DNA of 64,000 nt, taken from positions 378,634,001-378,698,000 of the forward strand of contig OZ024740.1 of the NCBI GenBank assembly GCA_964016885.1. The letters run 5' to 3'. Position 1 is the stretch's first letter, and each line of letters starts with the position of its first letter. Positions 28,200 to 41,053 of this stretch are shown here, in pieces. Source of the stretch: Eledone cirrhosa. Lineage: Eukaryota. Position numbers and translations under genes: made by a program. Below the pieces are notes generated by a model. That model worked only from the letters and a program-made list of their open reading frames with translations. It ran no database searches and was not told the origin of the DNA.

Positions 28200-28500
28200 T
28201 CCAATAGATCTCACCTTACAAAACACTGTTTACAATCTCTAGTGGATGATATAAATCCGAGGTCTCTACACATGGATCTCGCATGTTGGTCTCATCGCAT
28301 CTGGCCGTACGATAATCATCTTTCACCTGGGACTTTGGATTCTGGGTAGAGAAAGATGTCCACATTCACCCAAGTTTCGTCCCGACCACGGCTCGGCTTG
28401 AAGGGGGCGTTGCAGAGAAGTCAGACAGCGTGTATAACATGCACAGTTTATCAGCTGTCGTGTCAGTCTGGTGATACATGTATAGGTTTGAAAAACGTGA
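28200..28500. repeat. Dispersed old repeat, second copy at about 36790-37080 (possibly a LINE 3' end)
   Basis: Shared GATCTCACCTTAC.AAACACTG, TTGGTCTCATCG, GATTCTGGGTAGAGAAAGATGTCCA, TCGGCTTGAA blocks. Confidence 0.7.
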
Positions 28501-28689
28501 ATTATACACCAATATAATCGAGCACTACTATAAACTGACCCATCAAGTTCAAAACCACTGCATTTCATTGTTTCTGATTAAAACTCATCTTTTTACATTG
28601 TTTAATTTTACTCTAGAGTTGTAAATATGTACCAGGTTATCTTGGAATGTTAGGTAAAGTATAATGGTATTCTTAATATGAGGACTGTA

Positions 28690-28891
28690 CGAATGGTCGG
28701 CTGAAAAGTTCATAGGTTATGTATAGAAGAGTGATGCTAGCTCTGTGAAATCTAGCATACATTAATTTCAACTCTTCTATTATAACTACTTTGTTTCTTT
28801 CTAGGGACAATGTTTAAAAAAACAAAAAAACTCATTTGATCATTCCATGAGAGTATCTTGGCCTGCCTATGAACTTTTCAGTCGATACTCA
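28690..28891. mobile_element. Tc1/mariner-like MITE
   Basis: TA|CGAATGGTCGGCTGAAAAGTTCATAGG ... CCTATGAACTTTTCAGTCGATACTCA|TA imperfect TIRs with TA flanks. Confidence 0.72.
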
Positions 28892-29039
28892 TATCTATCA
28901 TGTGCTTCATACAGTAAGCCTAGAGCTACGAACCATCTTTTAAGCTGCTTCTGAAGCCCGTGAGACATCGTTTTTCAGAAGTGAAGTATTCTACTAGATA
29001 GAAGCCTGGCTCTATAGAAAATAAGTTTAGTTTCCCTCG

Positions 29040-29430
29040 CGCTGAGGTTAACTTTGCCTTTCATCCTTATGGGGTCGATAAAATAAAGTACCAGTAATAC
29101 ACTGGGTAATTGCTGGCCTTGTGCCAAAAGTAGAAACAATTATTTATTTTGCTTTGAGTTCAAATCCCGCCGAGGTTAACTTTGCATTTTAACCTTCCGG
29201 GGTCGATAGAATAAAGTACCAGTAATGCATTGGGTAACTGCTGGCCTTGTGCCAAAAGTAGAAACAATTATTTATTTTGCTTTGACGTATAGAGTTACGG
29301 CCCTTGCCATTCTGAGTTCAAATCCCGCCGAGGTTAACTTTGCTTTCATCCTTACGGGGTCGATAAAATAAAGTACCAGTAATTCACTGGGATAATTGCT
29401 GGCCTTGTGCCAAAAGTAGAAACAATTATT
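29040..29430 (+). mobile_element. Tandem trimer of 5'-truncated SINE A
   Basis: Three head-to-tail copies, the first two followed by TATTTTGCTTTGA. Confidence 0.88.
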
Positions 29431-29760
29431 TATTTACAATTATTTATTTGATCATTACAATTATTTCATGCAACAGTACAAATTGCCTGTTGAAAATAAG
29501 ATTCAGGTAATCTGGGGATGGTACGCGCGAAGCTGGAGATCTATTTCTTATCTACTTCATACCGCAGGTAAGAATTTGCTATCAAACGTCTTCGGAATTT
29601 AGGAGACATTTAGTTACTGATACTTTTCTATAGTTGAAATCAAACCAAACCAGAATATTTGTATTGGGAATGAGGGTTGCCCATTAGTTAAGTAATCTTA
29701 TGCTTCAACTTTATTCAGTAAACTATTAAGCTATGTTGACTAATTTAATCAAATGTGTAT

Positions 29761-31928
29761 ATAGTTCTAATCCTCGGGCCCTGTTCGCTGGATCTGACTC
29801 TAACACCTTCTCTTCCTCCCTGTGATCTCGTTAATGATCATCCAGCTCTCCTTACATCCAGATCTGCCAACCGCCCTCTCCACACTTCTGATCTTCTCTA
29901 TCAGTGCCTCCTCTCTGGCCTCAGTGTAAGCGGTACATAGTTCTTTCTTCATCACTTCCACATTCTCTTCCTCTCCTCCGTAGGATCAGCATAGAATTGG
30001 TCATTGGCAACTTTCAGGTGTTCTCTGGATGTACACACTTTTGGGTCTGCAGAGCTGACGTGCTTCCTTTTGTTCTTTCTCCTCGGCACCAGGGTCTCAC
30101 TTGCTTCCGCCACTGCACTGGTGAAGTACCCGTACCTCCTCAGTCCATCCAACCTCCCTCGCCTCTGTCTCTCCACACAGAGCACTGAACCTGTACCTCA
30201 CTTCCACTGTGAACCTCTCCTGTAGCTTATCATTTTCTTTTTGCTCTCCGGGGCTGAGCCGAGGATAGGAAGGGGAAATGGCTAGACCATTTTAGGACCC
30301 TACTAGGAGAGCCGCCCGCCACAGCCCAGAACACTGGGGAGATCAGGCGGCTGTTTGAAGAACTTGATATTGAGACAGAGTCCTTCACCAGAGAGGAGCT
30401 TCAGAGAGCCAAGAAGAAGATCAAGGAGGGCAAGGCTCATGGAGAAGATGGAGTGGCATCAGAGGTGATGAAGAGGTTTGATTTTTTTTATGATATTATC
30501 CTGGGGTTCTGTAACCCAGCACTGGAGAAGGGAGTTGCCCCGAATCAGTGGAGGATCAGTAACATCGTCCCAGTGCCATAGAAGGGAGATCTCTCTAACA
30601 CCAACAACTACAGGGGGATCTCACTGACGTCACTTGTGGCAAAGACCCTCAACAGGATGATTCTTGACAGGATCCAGCCCGAGATGGAGAAGAAGCTCAG
30701 GGACAACCAGAACGGATTCAGAGAGGGAAGATCAACCACCAGTCACATCCTGATGCTGAGGAGGATATTAGAGGGAGCTAGAGCAAAGTGCCTTCCTGCG
30801 GTCATGGTTTTCATTGACTTTAGGAAGGCCTTTGATTCTGTGGACCGTCACTGTCTGATGAAGATCTTACAGGCTTATGGAATCCCCAAGAAGATAGTGG
30901 ACCTGATATCACTGCTCTACACCAATACCAAAGCCCAAGTCATTACACCTGATGGGATGACAGAGTTCTTTGAGATACTAGCTGGAGTGCTCCAGGGAGT
31001 TACATTGGCTCCCTACCTTTTTATCATCGTGGTGGACTATTGTATGCGCCTTGCACTGGAGAAACACCAAGACTCTGGCTTTACTGTAACACCGGCTCAG
31101 AGCAGGAGAGTTAAGGCGAAAAAGATATCGGATGCTGAATTTTCCGACGACATAGTTTTGGTGACAAATATAGTGAAGGAGGCATAGTATTTGATGCAGG
31201 AAGTTGAGACTGTGTCGATGAGTGTGGGGCTGAGAATGAATGAGACTAAGACAACATGTCTGGTAGAGAATGTTGAGAAGCCAGAGGGGTTTACTAATGT
31301 AGGCGGGAAGCCGCTGGAATTAGTTGAAGACTTTCTGTATTTGGGAGCAAAGATTTGGAATATGGAAGATGATGTGGTTGAGAGGAAGAGCAAAGCCTGG
31401 GCGGCGTGCCACAGCTTGAGATCGGTGTGGAAGTCGGACCTTCGTAGAGACCTGAAGATCCGCCTCTTTATTGCTGTAGTGGAGTCTGTGCTGCTGTACG
31501 GGTCTGAGACTAGGACACTGACCAAGAAACTCACTCACTCAGATGGTGGATGGGTGCTACACGAGAATGCTGAGGATGGCTCTGAACATTAATCAGTATA
31601 CACTGAGGATGAAAAACTCAGAGCTGTATGGGAGCCTCTAAACGTCAGCTCAAAAGTGACACAGAGGAGACTGAGGTTAGCTGGACTTGATCACCGACAT
31701 CCAGAGTTGACACTGCACTCAGTGCTCCTGTGGGATCCCCTGCATGGATACATTGGAAGAGGAAGACCAAGGTTAACGAATATTGATGTCCTATGGACAG
31801 ACACTGGTCTGTTGGAGACGCAGGACATGGCAGCGATAATGAGGGACAGAGACTACTGGAGAGAACTCGTCCATGGATCTCGGGAATTTTACCTGCCCTA
31901 GATAGATAGATAGATAGATAGTTCTAAT
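29761..31928 (+). mobile_element. RTE LINE with 5' inversion (about 29772-30250 inverted), (TAGA)n tail, 11-bp TSD
   Basis: RT ORF pieces 30636..31901; inverted part reads KESWMIINEITGRK..GPED on minus and continues as EDRKGKWLDHFRTLLG on plus; TSD ATAGTTCTAAT at 29761-29771 and 31918-31928. Confidence 0.92.
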
Positions 31929-33149
31929 ATCGAGTACAATGCCTCACATCTTGAGTAACATTGTAACCGATTAAATCAACTTCAGTACTTGTCTGTTATA
32001 TATTTTGCCGACCACTGATGAATAAAAGATTTACACTGACGGGTGTTGAACTGAAAATGTAACTAAATAGTGAATAAAATTTCGTCAGACGCTCTACTGC
32101 CTTTTTATATTAAAAATTAATGTTTAAAACAGTAAATATATATTTGAGGTGTACTTGGCAACAATTGAATTGACTCACTATATTTATTTAAAAACGTTTC
32201 TTTGAGTAATTTTTATTTGATGGTTGATTGAGTTTTCCTTTCAGTATATCTACACCTCATTAACTTGAGAAATAATTACCATAAAATAAAGTAAATGTAA
32301 AGAAAATGGTCTCACTTTTTTGTCACAACATTCTATCGTTGTTGCTACCGTTAGATATTGATGTTTTACTTGCAATGCTTAGTCAAATAATAGCAATATG
32401 ATCAATTAAAAAAATTGCAATTCTAGTATTTATGAAGTGAAATTCATGACTTTTTGAGAAGAATTTGCTTCTCTTCTCTCTGATGATGACAAAAATATTA
32501 ATATTTTAAAACATATTTCGTATAAAGAGAAAAAAAAGATGATATTTATGAAAGAGTTCCGTATATGTTGAGAATCATCAGAAAATCTCATTAGATGTCT
32601 GCCTGTGTTGTAACTACATTCTCTCCAACTTCATAGAGTTTTGGTCAACTACTTGTCCTGAACTTGGACATCGGATAATCACTTCAAATGTTCGTTATCT
32701 TGTATCAATTGCAATACATTTCCATGGTATTATCGCCATAATTGGTGAAATACTTTAACAAGTAAGTGCGCTTCAAATAAGTTGACTAGCTTTTATGGCA
32801 ACACACATAAGTTTAGAAGCCTTTGATCTGCTGAAATTTTAGTCGACGCGAGGCAGTTCAAAGATTCTCGTAGCTTTTTAATGCTTCTGCTTCAAGAATT
32901 TTTTTTGTGTTATATATTTTATCATTTGACCATAGGTATCTGTCAGAAGTAATCCGTCTAAATTATTGACTCATTTCTCTTCAATTATCTAATTTTGTTC
33001 GCGGTCATTCCCAGAGATATTATTACAGCAGCCTGTAAGATCTATGACTCTTCTGATCGAGTAACAAACAGTAAATCTTCGGTTAACAGTTAAAATCTAC
33101 TTCAATAAATGGGTCAGGTTGTCATCTATATTCTATCTCCCCATCTCTC

Positions 33150-33213
<64 letters not shown>

Positions 33214-34187
33214 CCCCTGCCAAAAACCAATAAACCGTGCCCTGTTGAAATGTTTTCCCACCCCACTCAACACCCCCACCAGAACTGAAATGGAGATTGA
33301 AAAACCCAATCTCCAGGAAACGAAAAGGTAAGTGCACCTTTTCGTCCTTTTCGCAAACTCTTCTTCACCAACATGGCTGACTTACAAGTTGGAAGCGCGA
33401 ATGTGCCTGGCCTAGGGATGCCCTGGAAACCTTAGGTCACACGATGTAATAGCCATCACCGAGTCCAGGATTCACAACAGGCAGCAACTAACCCCCATCT
33501 TCAATGACCTTGAGATCGATGCATCTCTCTGTCAGCCGGGAGGTGGAGGGGGAGTGATTGTCATGTTTCGGAAAAACCTGGATCTCGAAGTACAGTAAGT
33601 ACACTTGGACCCGGGGGGTAGACTGGTAGTCCTAGACGTGAACAGTATTGGAGGTGGAGCCTTCAGACTGGTGGCCGTTTATGCTCCGACCGGGCAATCA
33701 CAATCGTGTTCAGACTTCTTTAAGCGTCTAGAGTCTTTTCTGGGAACGTCTCGCTCCTTGCTTTTAGTGGGGGGACTGTAATGGTATCCTAAATGCACGA
33801 TGGGACTATGTGGGAGCATGTCCCAGTAGAGCGGGGTGCAACAGCCTCAAAAATCTAATCGTCCAATTCCAACTGGTCGATAGATATCGACTAGATTTCC
33901 CGACTGCACCACAGTGGACGTGGGCAAACCGCAGCGGGACATCTTGATCGTATCTAGATAGGTTTTTCATTAGAGAAAAGGACAAGATGTTAAGCTGTCC
34001 ACAAATGCACATGGCTGCCGATTCAGATCACAAACTAGTCGTCTGTATAGTCAACCGTGATAGAATACATAGACAAGGACCCCGATACTGGAAGCTGAAC
34101 GTGTCGTTGCCGGCACGAAAAGCCTACAGTGAACGGATAAGTAGATTAGTTAAGCAAGAGTTGACGGGAGCCATCGTCAACAATAGA
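33214..34187 (+). mobile_element. Tx1-like LINE fragment: ORF1 end plus decayed APE endonuclease
   Basis: ATG at 33373 MADLQVGSANVPGLG; AVYAP, WTWAN...SYLDR, SDHKLV, YWKLNVSL; preceded by (TATC)n. Confidence 0.85.
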
Positions 34188-36210
34188 AGTTTAGCTTGCT
34201 TCCAAGGTGAGCCCAGGCCACGCGCATTTAGACAACCTACTCTTAAGACAGCCATGTTGGTGGCAAAGAAAGGGGCACTTACCTCTCTGCGTCCCGGGGT
34301 TCGGGTCGCTCAGTTTCCATGGGGCTGGTGGAGGGGTTGATGGGTGGGGTGGTGGTTTGTGGTGGTGTGGGGGTATTAGTGTGTGGAGGGGTTGGGATCT
34401 TTGGAGTTGTGTGGGTGTTTGAGGAGGGGAGGGGAAAACCTTTCAGGAGGACGCGGTTGAGTGGCCTGGTGCAGGGTGGGCCCACGTCCTCAGGGTAAAT
34501 GTCTTTCAAAGTTTTGAAAATGTCAAGTGGGATTTTCACCATTTTCAGGTTAGGGAGCCCCATTGCCGTTACGAAATTCGGCCCTTCGGTTTGTATCGAA
34601 GGGTTGGTTTCTATTTTTAAAGTTAGGTTTTCATTGTTTTTGTTTATGTATGTGTAGAGTTTTTGTGTTGTTGTGTTTGTTTTTGCTTGTTGTTGTTGAG
34701 TGAGTTTGCGTTTTATTGTCTGTATTGTGTTGTCAGGTGGGTTATTTTTGTTTGTGTGGTGTGTGTACGTTTTTTTTCTTTTCACTTTTTGGAAGGGAGC
34801 CCCCTCGTCTTCCGACGATATGAGCTCCTCTTCCGTATTGGAGGGGAGGGGTATATCTCCGGGTTGTGTATGAACTGTTTTTGTATTTGTGTTCTGTGGG
34901 GTGGGGCTGGGTGGGACCGTGTTTTGGGTTGTTTTCTTGAGCTGTTGTTGATGTTGTTGTTGTTGTTGTGGTGGTGGTGTTGTTGGTTTTTGTTGTTCTG
35001 GTGGTGATGGTAGTGTATTTTGTTGTTTTTGTGATGGTGGTGCTGGTTGTTTTTGTTGTTGTTGTGGTGTTTGTAGCAGTGGTTTTTTTGTTGTTAGTAG
35101 AGAGCAGGCCGTCCTCAGGTGACCTCTGCCAGCGCAGTGGTAACATGAGGGTCTCCTGCCTTCCACTGTGATATTTATGTAGGTTCGCCCATCCAGTAGC
35201 ACTCGGTCGGGTATTCCGGAGATTCTCTCAGGTGTCATCTGTAAGAGAACCTCCAGACTTTTCCCCCCGAACAGTCCACTGGTGGACTCCCCTGCTGAAA
35301 TGAGTATGTCCTTATCTAGGTCGGTAAATCCTGTTAGGACGGACCAGATGTTAATTTCTGGCGTAGGGCTCCACATTCTTATCCTTTGTGTTCTTCTTCC
35401 TTTATATGTGGGGAAGAAGGTGTATTGTGGTGACACTATAGGTGCCACCGAATATTTCTGAGCCAGCATTTCGTCCTTCATTCGGACCATAATGCTGGCA
35501 TACAGCTTTCCTCTTTGAATAAAGAGTATGTCGTTTTTAATTTCTTTCAGAACCAGCTCAATTTGACTTTCGGTCAATTGCGCTGGCTTTCTCGTTTCGT
35601 TGGTTATGGTTCTGTAGGTTACGGTATTCTTGTAAATCTGTTGACGCACTTCTTCTGGGGAGTTGATCGTAAAAGAACCATCCTCCCCAAAAGATACGTA
35701 TTTTCTAGCCTCTAGCAAATTTTCCTTGGCGTTCGTGATGTCAATGGCTTTGTATTCCGTGGCTCTCCTGAGTGTTTGGGCAAAAGAAATTTTGTCTTTG
35801 TTTGTTGTTGTAATGTTGTTGGTTTCCTTATTTGTGGTGTTATTTTTTTCTTGAAAATTAATTTTTTCATTTGAATTAAAATTCTTTTTTTTTTCATTGG
35901 AGAGGAGGGGCTGTTCAACAGTTTGAACTGTTGTTCCCTCTTTCCCGCTTGTTTTTTTGGTCGGCGTGGCGTTCGCTTCCAATATGGCGATATCGTTTTC
36001 GACGATATCGTTATCAACGATATCGATAAACATTTTTGAATTAATTATTTTTCACCCCAAAAGGGGTGAAAATATAATTACCCTACGTCTAAAGTCCCAG
36101 ACTAGGGGTTAGAGTTAATAATACAAAAGAATTCCAAAAAATTCACTCACAAAAATAGCAGGTAAAAATCCCAAATCGCAGAGCCGATATGAAACACGTC
36201 TACTATCCTC
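34185..36210 (-). mobile_element. Tx1-like LINE 5' part (5'UTR, intact ORF1, first codons of ORF2)
   Basis: 5' GAGGATAGTAGACGTGTTTC after (TCTG)n; ORF2 ATG at 34255 MAVLRVGCLNARGLGSPWK. Confidence 0.85.
34279..36033 (-). CDS. Tx1-like ORF1 gag-like nucleic-acid-binding protein (584 aa)
   Basis: Uninterrupted ORF; INITVEGRRPSCYHCAGRGHLRTAC CCHC zinc knuckle; Q/P/T-rich low-complexity C-terminal part. Confidence 0.82.
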   Translation of the reverse strand: MFIDIVDNDIVENDIAILEANATPTKKTSGKEGTTVQTVEQPLLSNEKKKNFNSNEKINFQEKNNTTNKETNNITTTNKDKISFAQTLRRATEYKAIDITNAKENLLEARKYVSFGEDGSFTINSPEEVRQQIYKNTVTYRTITNETRKPAQLTESQIELVLKEIKNDILFIQRGKLYASIMVRMKDEMLAQKYSVAPIVSPQYTFFPTYKGRRTQRIRMWSPTPEINIWSVLTGFTDLDKDILISAGESTSGLFGGKSLEVLLQMTPERISGIPDRVLLDGRTYINITVEGRRPSCYHCAGRGHLRTACSLLTTKKPLLQTPQQQQKQPAPPSQKQQNTLPSPPEQQKPTTPPPQQQQQHQQQLKKTTQNTVPPSPTPQNTNTKTVHTQPGDIPLPSNTEEELISSEDEGAPFQKVKRKKTYTHHTNKNNPPDNTIQTIKRKLTQQQQAKTNTTTQKLYTYINKNNENLTLKIETNPSIQTEGPNFVTAMGLPNLKMVKIPLDIFKTLKDIYPEDVGPPCTRPLNRVLLKGFPLPSSNTHTTPKIPTPPHTNTPTPPQTTTPPINPSTSPMETERPEPRDAER

Positions 36211-37254
36211 AGACAGACAGACAGACAGACAGAGCATTTATATATAATAAATTGCATATTTACGATATTTAAATTTACATTATGTTTCGATAGCTAATCA
36301 TCATTATTTGTATTCTTCCTGGATGTGTACCTAACTCCCGATTAGACGTTCGCTGGTAACTATATTTCAAAAGGAAGAATATTAATGTTCGTCAGCGCCA
36401 AGCTTCTAATGCACTTACAATTATTGCTGTGATAGTGCTCTATTATTTTGGTGTGAAATTACCTTTTTTGTTGAGCCTATATAAATATATGTCGCCATAC
36501 TAACATGACAGCGGGAAGACACTTGTATCAAAAGAAATTATCCAACTGCTGTCTTTGTCTGTTGTTCTCTAGTTTGATCGGACAGCGAATAAGATAACAG
36601 TTTTGTTATTGGTAGTGCTATAACTACAAGACAAATATTGCCTCATAGTAAGTCATCGGCGTGATATTGCGATGGGGAGTTCAGACCACGTTAGATAGAT
36701 AATTAATATATTCTATAACTATTCCATCTCGATTCAGAACTTGCCATTCTCTTTCTTGAATGTTTGCCAGTGTTCTGTGGCATTTTACCCAGTCTCTTTC
36801 TAAAGGATCTCACCTTACGAAACACTGCTTATCGTATCTATCGGACGATATCAACCCGAGGTTTTTACGATTGGATCACGCTTGTTTGGTCTCATCGTGT
36901 CTGGTATACGACAAGTATGTTTATACATTGCCACGTGGGTCTTTAGATTCTGGGTAGAGAAAGATGTCCATCATCACACAATTCTCGTACGCTCCAACAT
37001 CGGTTCGGCTTGAAAGTAAAGTTGCAGAGACGTTAACAAGTGTAGTTTACCAGTTGTGTCAATTTGGTGATGCATGTATATTGAAAAAGATGAATTACAG
37101 TCCAAAATAACAGAGCACAAGACCCACCAAGAGCAGTATTTCAGCACAGATAAAGATGCCGAAAACATCTTTGGTAATATTTTAGGAAAACATCAACACA
37201 ATGAATCTGAGGTCTGCAGAGATCTATTTTATTAAGAAGCTAAAGTTGACTCCA

Positions 37255-38490
37255 AATAATTGTTTCTACTTTTGGCACAAGGCCACCAATTATCCCAGTA
37301 CATTACTAGTGCTTTACTTTATCGACCCCGTAAGGATGAAAGTCAAAGTTAACCTCGGTGGGATTTGAACACAGACCGTAAAGGGCCGTAGCTCTATGAT
37401 GGAAATCACGACGTCCGACCTCTACCGATAATGCCAATCCATCGCCCAAATAATATTAACTTCAAATCATATGAGCCAGTTAGATTATTCGGTTATTCGG
37501 TTTCATAGAACATCAGAGTATTTTGTACCGTTTGTTATTCTCAGTTGTCGATATTAACATATCATTCAACCTGAATATGTTTTGCTCCCAGAAATCACTG
37601 AGAATATAAAATTTAAAACTTAAAACAAACAACAAACTTTCTCATTTCATAAATTAATAAGTCAGTTTCGATACATACATATTGTTCTTGTAACAGTTGT
37701 ATTACCGGGTAAATGCTGGGGTATTGTAGGCTTAGTTTTTGTCTGAACTGCCACAATGCAGCTATAAGAAATGCATTAAAAAAAAAGTCTAATGTTTTAT
37801 GTATGAACACATTTTTATGTAGCAGTATCTGCTACATAAGGCGAATTGGCAGAGTAATTAAGACGTCGGATAGAATGCTTTACAGTATTCGTCCCACCTC
37901 ATTGCGCGCTCTGAGTTCACATCTCGCCGTGGTCAACTTTGCCTTTTATCCTTTCGAGGTCGATAAAAAAGTACCAGTCCAGTACTGGAGTCGAGTCTTC
38001 CTCTGTAGAAAAATCGGCTGTGTTCAGACCTGGAGAGGGTTGGGCTCCGCCAGGTTTAAAAGTGCCTTAGACACGCCATGTAACAGTGCCTCTACGACTC
38101 CACAAAGAGTTACTTAGCCAACTCATACGTACACATAGACACACATACATACACAAACACTCACGTACACATACGAACTTCTCTTTTGCTTTGCATATAT
38201 ACCTATCTATGAAAATAGATAGATACATGCACACACACATGCACATCCACACAGGTGCACACGTGTGTATTAATAATGGTTTCTTATATAGGCACAAGGC
38301 CAGCAATTTTGGGGGAGGGGAAAGTCGATTAAATCGACCCCAGCGCATTACTAGTACTTTATTTATCGACCTGGTAAGGATGAAACGCAAAGCTAACCTC
38401 GGCAGGATTTGAACTCTGATCGTAAAGGGCCGTAACTCTGTTCTATAAAGCATGGGGTCTGACGCTCCACCGATACTGCCAATCCACGCC
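37255..38490. mobile_element. SINE A-related copies (- 37255-37447, + 37838-37990, - 38270-38490)
   Basis: B-box and CTTT.ATCCTT...GTCGATAAA domain. Confidence 0.82.
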
Positions 38491-38597
38491 CAATAAAAAT
38501 ATTGCACTAGATACAACACAAATGCATTCTCTCTGTTTCTCTTTCTGTTTACACACACACACACACACACATATACGCACGCACACACACATGTAGA

Positions 38598-38751
38598 TCG
38601 GGATGGTGAGTGGCTTAATGGTTAGGGAGTTGGACACAGTGTCGTTGGTTCGATTCCTGGACGTGGTTGCGTGTTGTGTTCTGGAGCAAAACACGTTGCT
38701 CCAGCCAGTACACTCAGCTAAAAATGAGTACCTACAGTAGCTGAAGGTCAA

Positions 38752-38755
<4 letters not shown>
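38598..38755 (+). mobile_element. tRNA-derived SINE family B (related copies: - 43640-43770, - 57835-58083)
   Basis: TGGCTTAATGGTTAG A-box, GGTTCGATTCC B-box, GTGTTGTGT.CT.GAGCAA.ACAC, CTCAGCT...AAATGAGTACC. Confidence 0.78.
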
Positions 38756-38794
<39 letters not shown>

Positions 38795-39399
38795 CAAATA
38801 TATTTCTCCTGTGCATTCACAGGGCCATCGGATAACCTTGGCCTTAAAAAAATTCTACTATGATATTGAGTACTTATTCTCGCGGCTACTAAGCGTGTGT
38901 GTGATGTTGAATAGTGTAGATCAGGTAAAAATGAAGTTGAATGCTTTGAGTTCGCGTTTTCAGAGTGCGAAAAGTAATGTATCCCAGTCTGCCTTGGGTA
39001 ATTTTTAAATTCGACGCAAACATAATTTGAACAATGATGTGAAGGGATTTCCTCTGCGTCGTAAACTTAGCGGAGCCCATTCTCTCTGTAGGTTTGAACA
39101 CAACCGATTTCTTCCAGAAGAGAGAACAAGAGAGGGAGAATCGAGCCTAATACTGCACTGCTATTTTTTTTCGACCTTGAAAGGTTGAAAGGCAAAGTTT
39201 CGAATTTTCGGGATTCGAACTCAGAGCACAAAGAGCCTGAACGAATGCCGCAAATCGTTCTATTTGACGTTCTAACGACTCTGCCAATTCACTATCTGAT
39301 ATATTTTATGCATTGTTTAAAATATGTATTATTCACGGCAACGTTGCAAAGAATAGAATCTGGTTGTTTTTAGGCTGTCTCAGTTATCAAAATCCATCA

Positions 39400-40560
39400 T
39401 ACCGTTTCGTCATTTCAAGAGCTCCAATTATTATATTTTGTTTGGTATGGGGTGATCTGGGATAGTAAAAACATAGGAATTAAAAATATGACGTTATTTT
39501 GATCTCTGGATTGAAATGGTCTGAGGATTCAAGAGCTCAGCCTGCGAGCCATATAAATTTAATTATTGATGCTGACTCTTTAGCTTTGTTGTTTACAATT
39601 ACTCCTATGTCTCTGAGACTTTGTTAGACACACTGAAATATTCTCCCATGGGAAGAGAATGTGGCTGTTTTAACGAATCTTTTCCAAATTGGATAAGCTG
39701 AAATTTATTTTCGCTTAGTGGCCTATTGTTTCATTTCAACCTTTGAATTACGTATCGCATGTGACATTTGTAAGGTTATTGATGCAAATGACGAAGAGAA
39801 GTGGGCGCAAGAGAGAACGCATACAACTTCGTAAATGAGTGTATAACATAAAGTATCACTAGAACAACAACAACAAAAATGTGTATCAATGTGCCGATTT
39901 ATATTGGTAAATACATGTGCTGGATTGAGTAAACTTGGTTTAGACTTGGAATGTTGGAAACTAAAATGTCAATGTAACATATCATCGTGCAATGAAAGCG
40001 TTGTCTCTACTGAGATATGTATAATGCTAAAGTAGATTAATCATCCAGAAAACTAAACACTCTCTCTCTAATGCTGCGTTCCTACGATTGAGATACAGTT
40101 ACATGGTTTTATGTACCCATCTTCACAAAGAACCCTAAAATTATCCACCACGAATACAAATTTCGAATTAAATTCTTGGATGAAAAACTTAATTTTTGTT
40201 GTAGAGGTACTGTTTGGAAATACTGCAGAACCACTTGAGATGGCCAGTAGAAACGATTTGTTTGTCATTTACATCATTGCGTACAGACCTAGATTTGCAG
40301 AAGATATTGAAAAATATATCTTTTGCATCTATGGAAAGGAAAACATTGATGAAAAGTGCGGCTTCTTTATTTCTTTGGCCTTTGTAATTTACGTAAATGT
40401 TGTGGCAGTTTGAAAACTTCACTTCAGCATCCAAGTGGGATTGTTTAGGCAAGGATAGTGCCAATGGTGTGACGTGGCTGTTCGGTAATTCAACCCTCTC
40501 TTTTTGCAATCTTCTATTTGTGTGTGTTGATGGATGGGTTAATGCCTTGTGCATAAAAAA
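39400..40560 (-). mobile_element. Very old CR1-like LINE relic
   Basis: Minus about 39775-39820 SLLRPLLFVICINNL (RT motif B remnant); about 39430-39460 SPHTKQNI; boundaries uncertain. Confidence 0.5.
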
Positions 40561-41053
40561 AGAATGTGGAAGTTAAACTAGTTTCTTGTTTCTGCTTTCT
40601 TAAAAGGTATTTTATATTTCTGATTAATATTTATTGTTAACATGAAAGGATTTTTTAAGCGCTGTGATGTAGTACTAGAGCTGATCCTTTCTAATGGATA
40701 ATATGTTTCTCTGAATATCTTTGACTAGAGGTAGCATGTCTAAAAAAGATATTTTTCATTCATATAGTTATTGCTGTTCTGCCTGCTGTTACTGCTGTAC
40801 CGTCATGCTTGGATGTGGAAGTCTAACAAGTATTGGTGTTATGATGGTAGTGATTGAAATTTATAGTGTATGGATAATGGGCTGGTATTGTGAGATTGTA
40901 TTTGTTGGAGTGAATTCTTTATTCTGTGTTAAGTCACTGTCAGATGAGTGAATGCATAGGCTGATATTAGGCATATACTTCAGTAAAAGGAAAAGTGGTA
41001 TATTTTATTCGCGAGAGTGATGTGTAGCGCAGTATTCTGTATATAATAGATTA

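Noticed and set aside
32280-33110. Possible very old RTE RT relic on the minus strand
   Set aside because: Only faint motif resemblance; cannot be supported by eye.
40068-40554. ORFs of 66-121 aa that could be host exons
   Set aside because: No recognisable domain or splice context; adjacent to decayed CR1-like RT motifs, so more likely a LINE relic.
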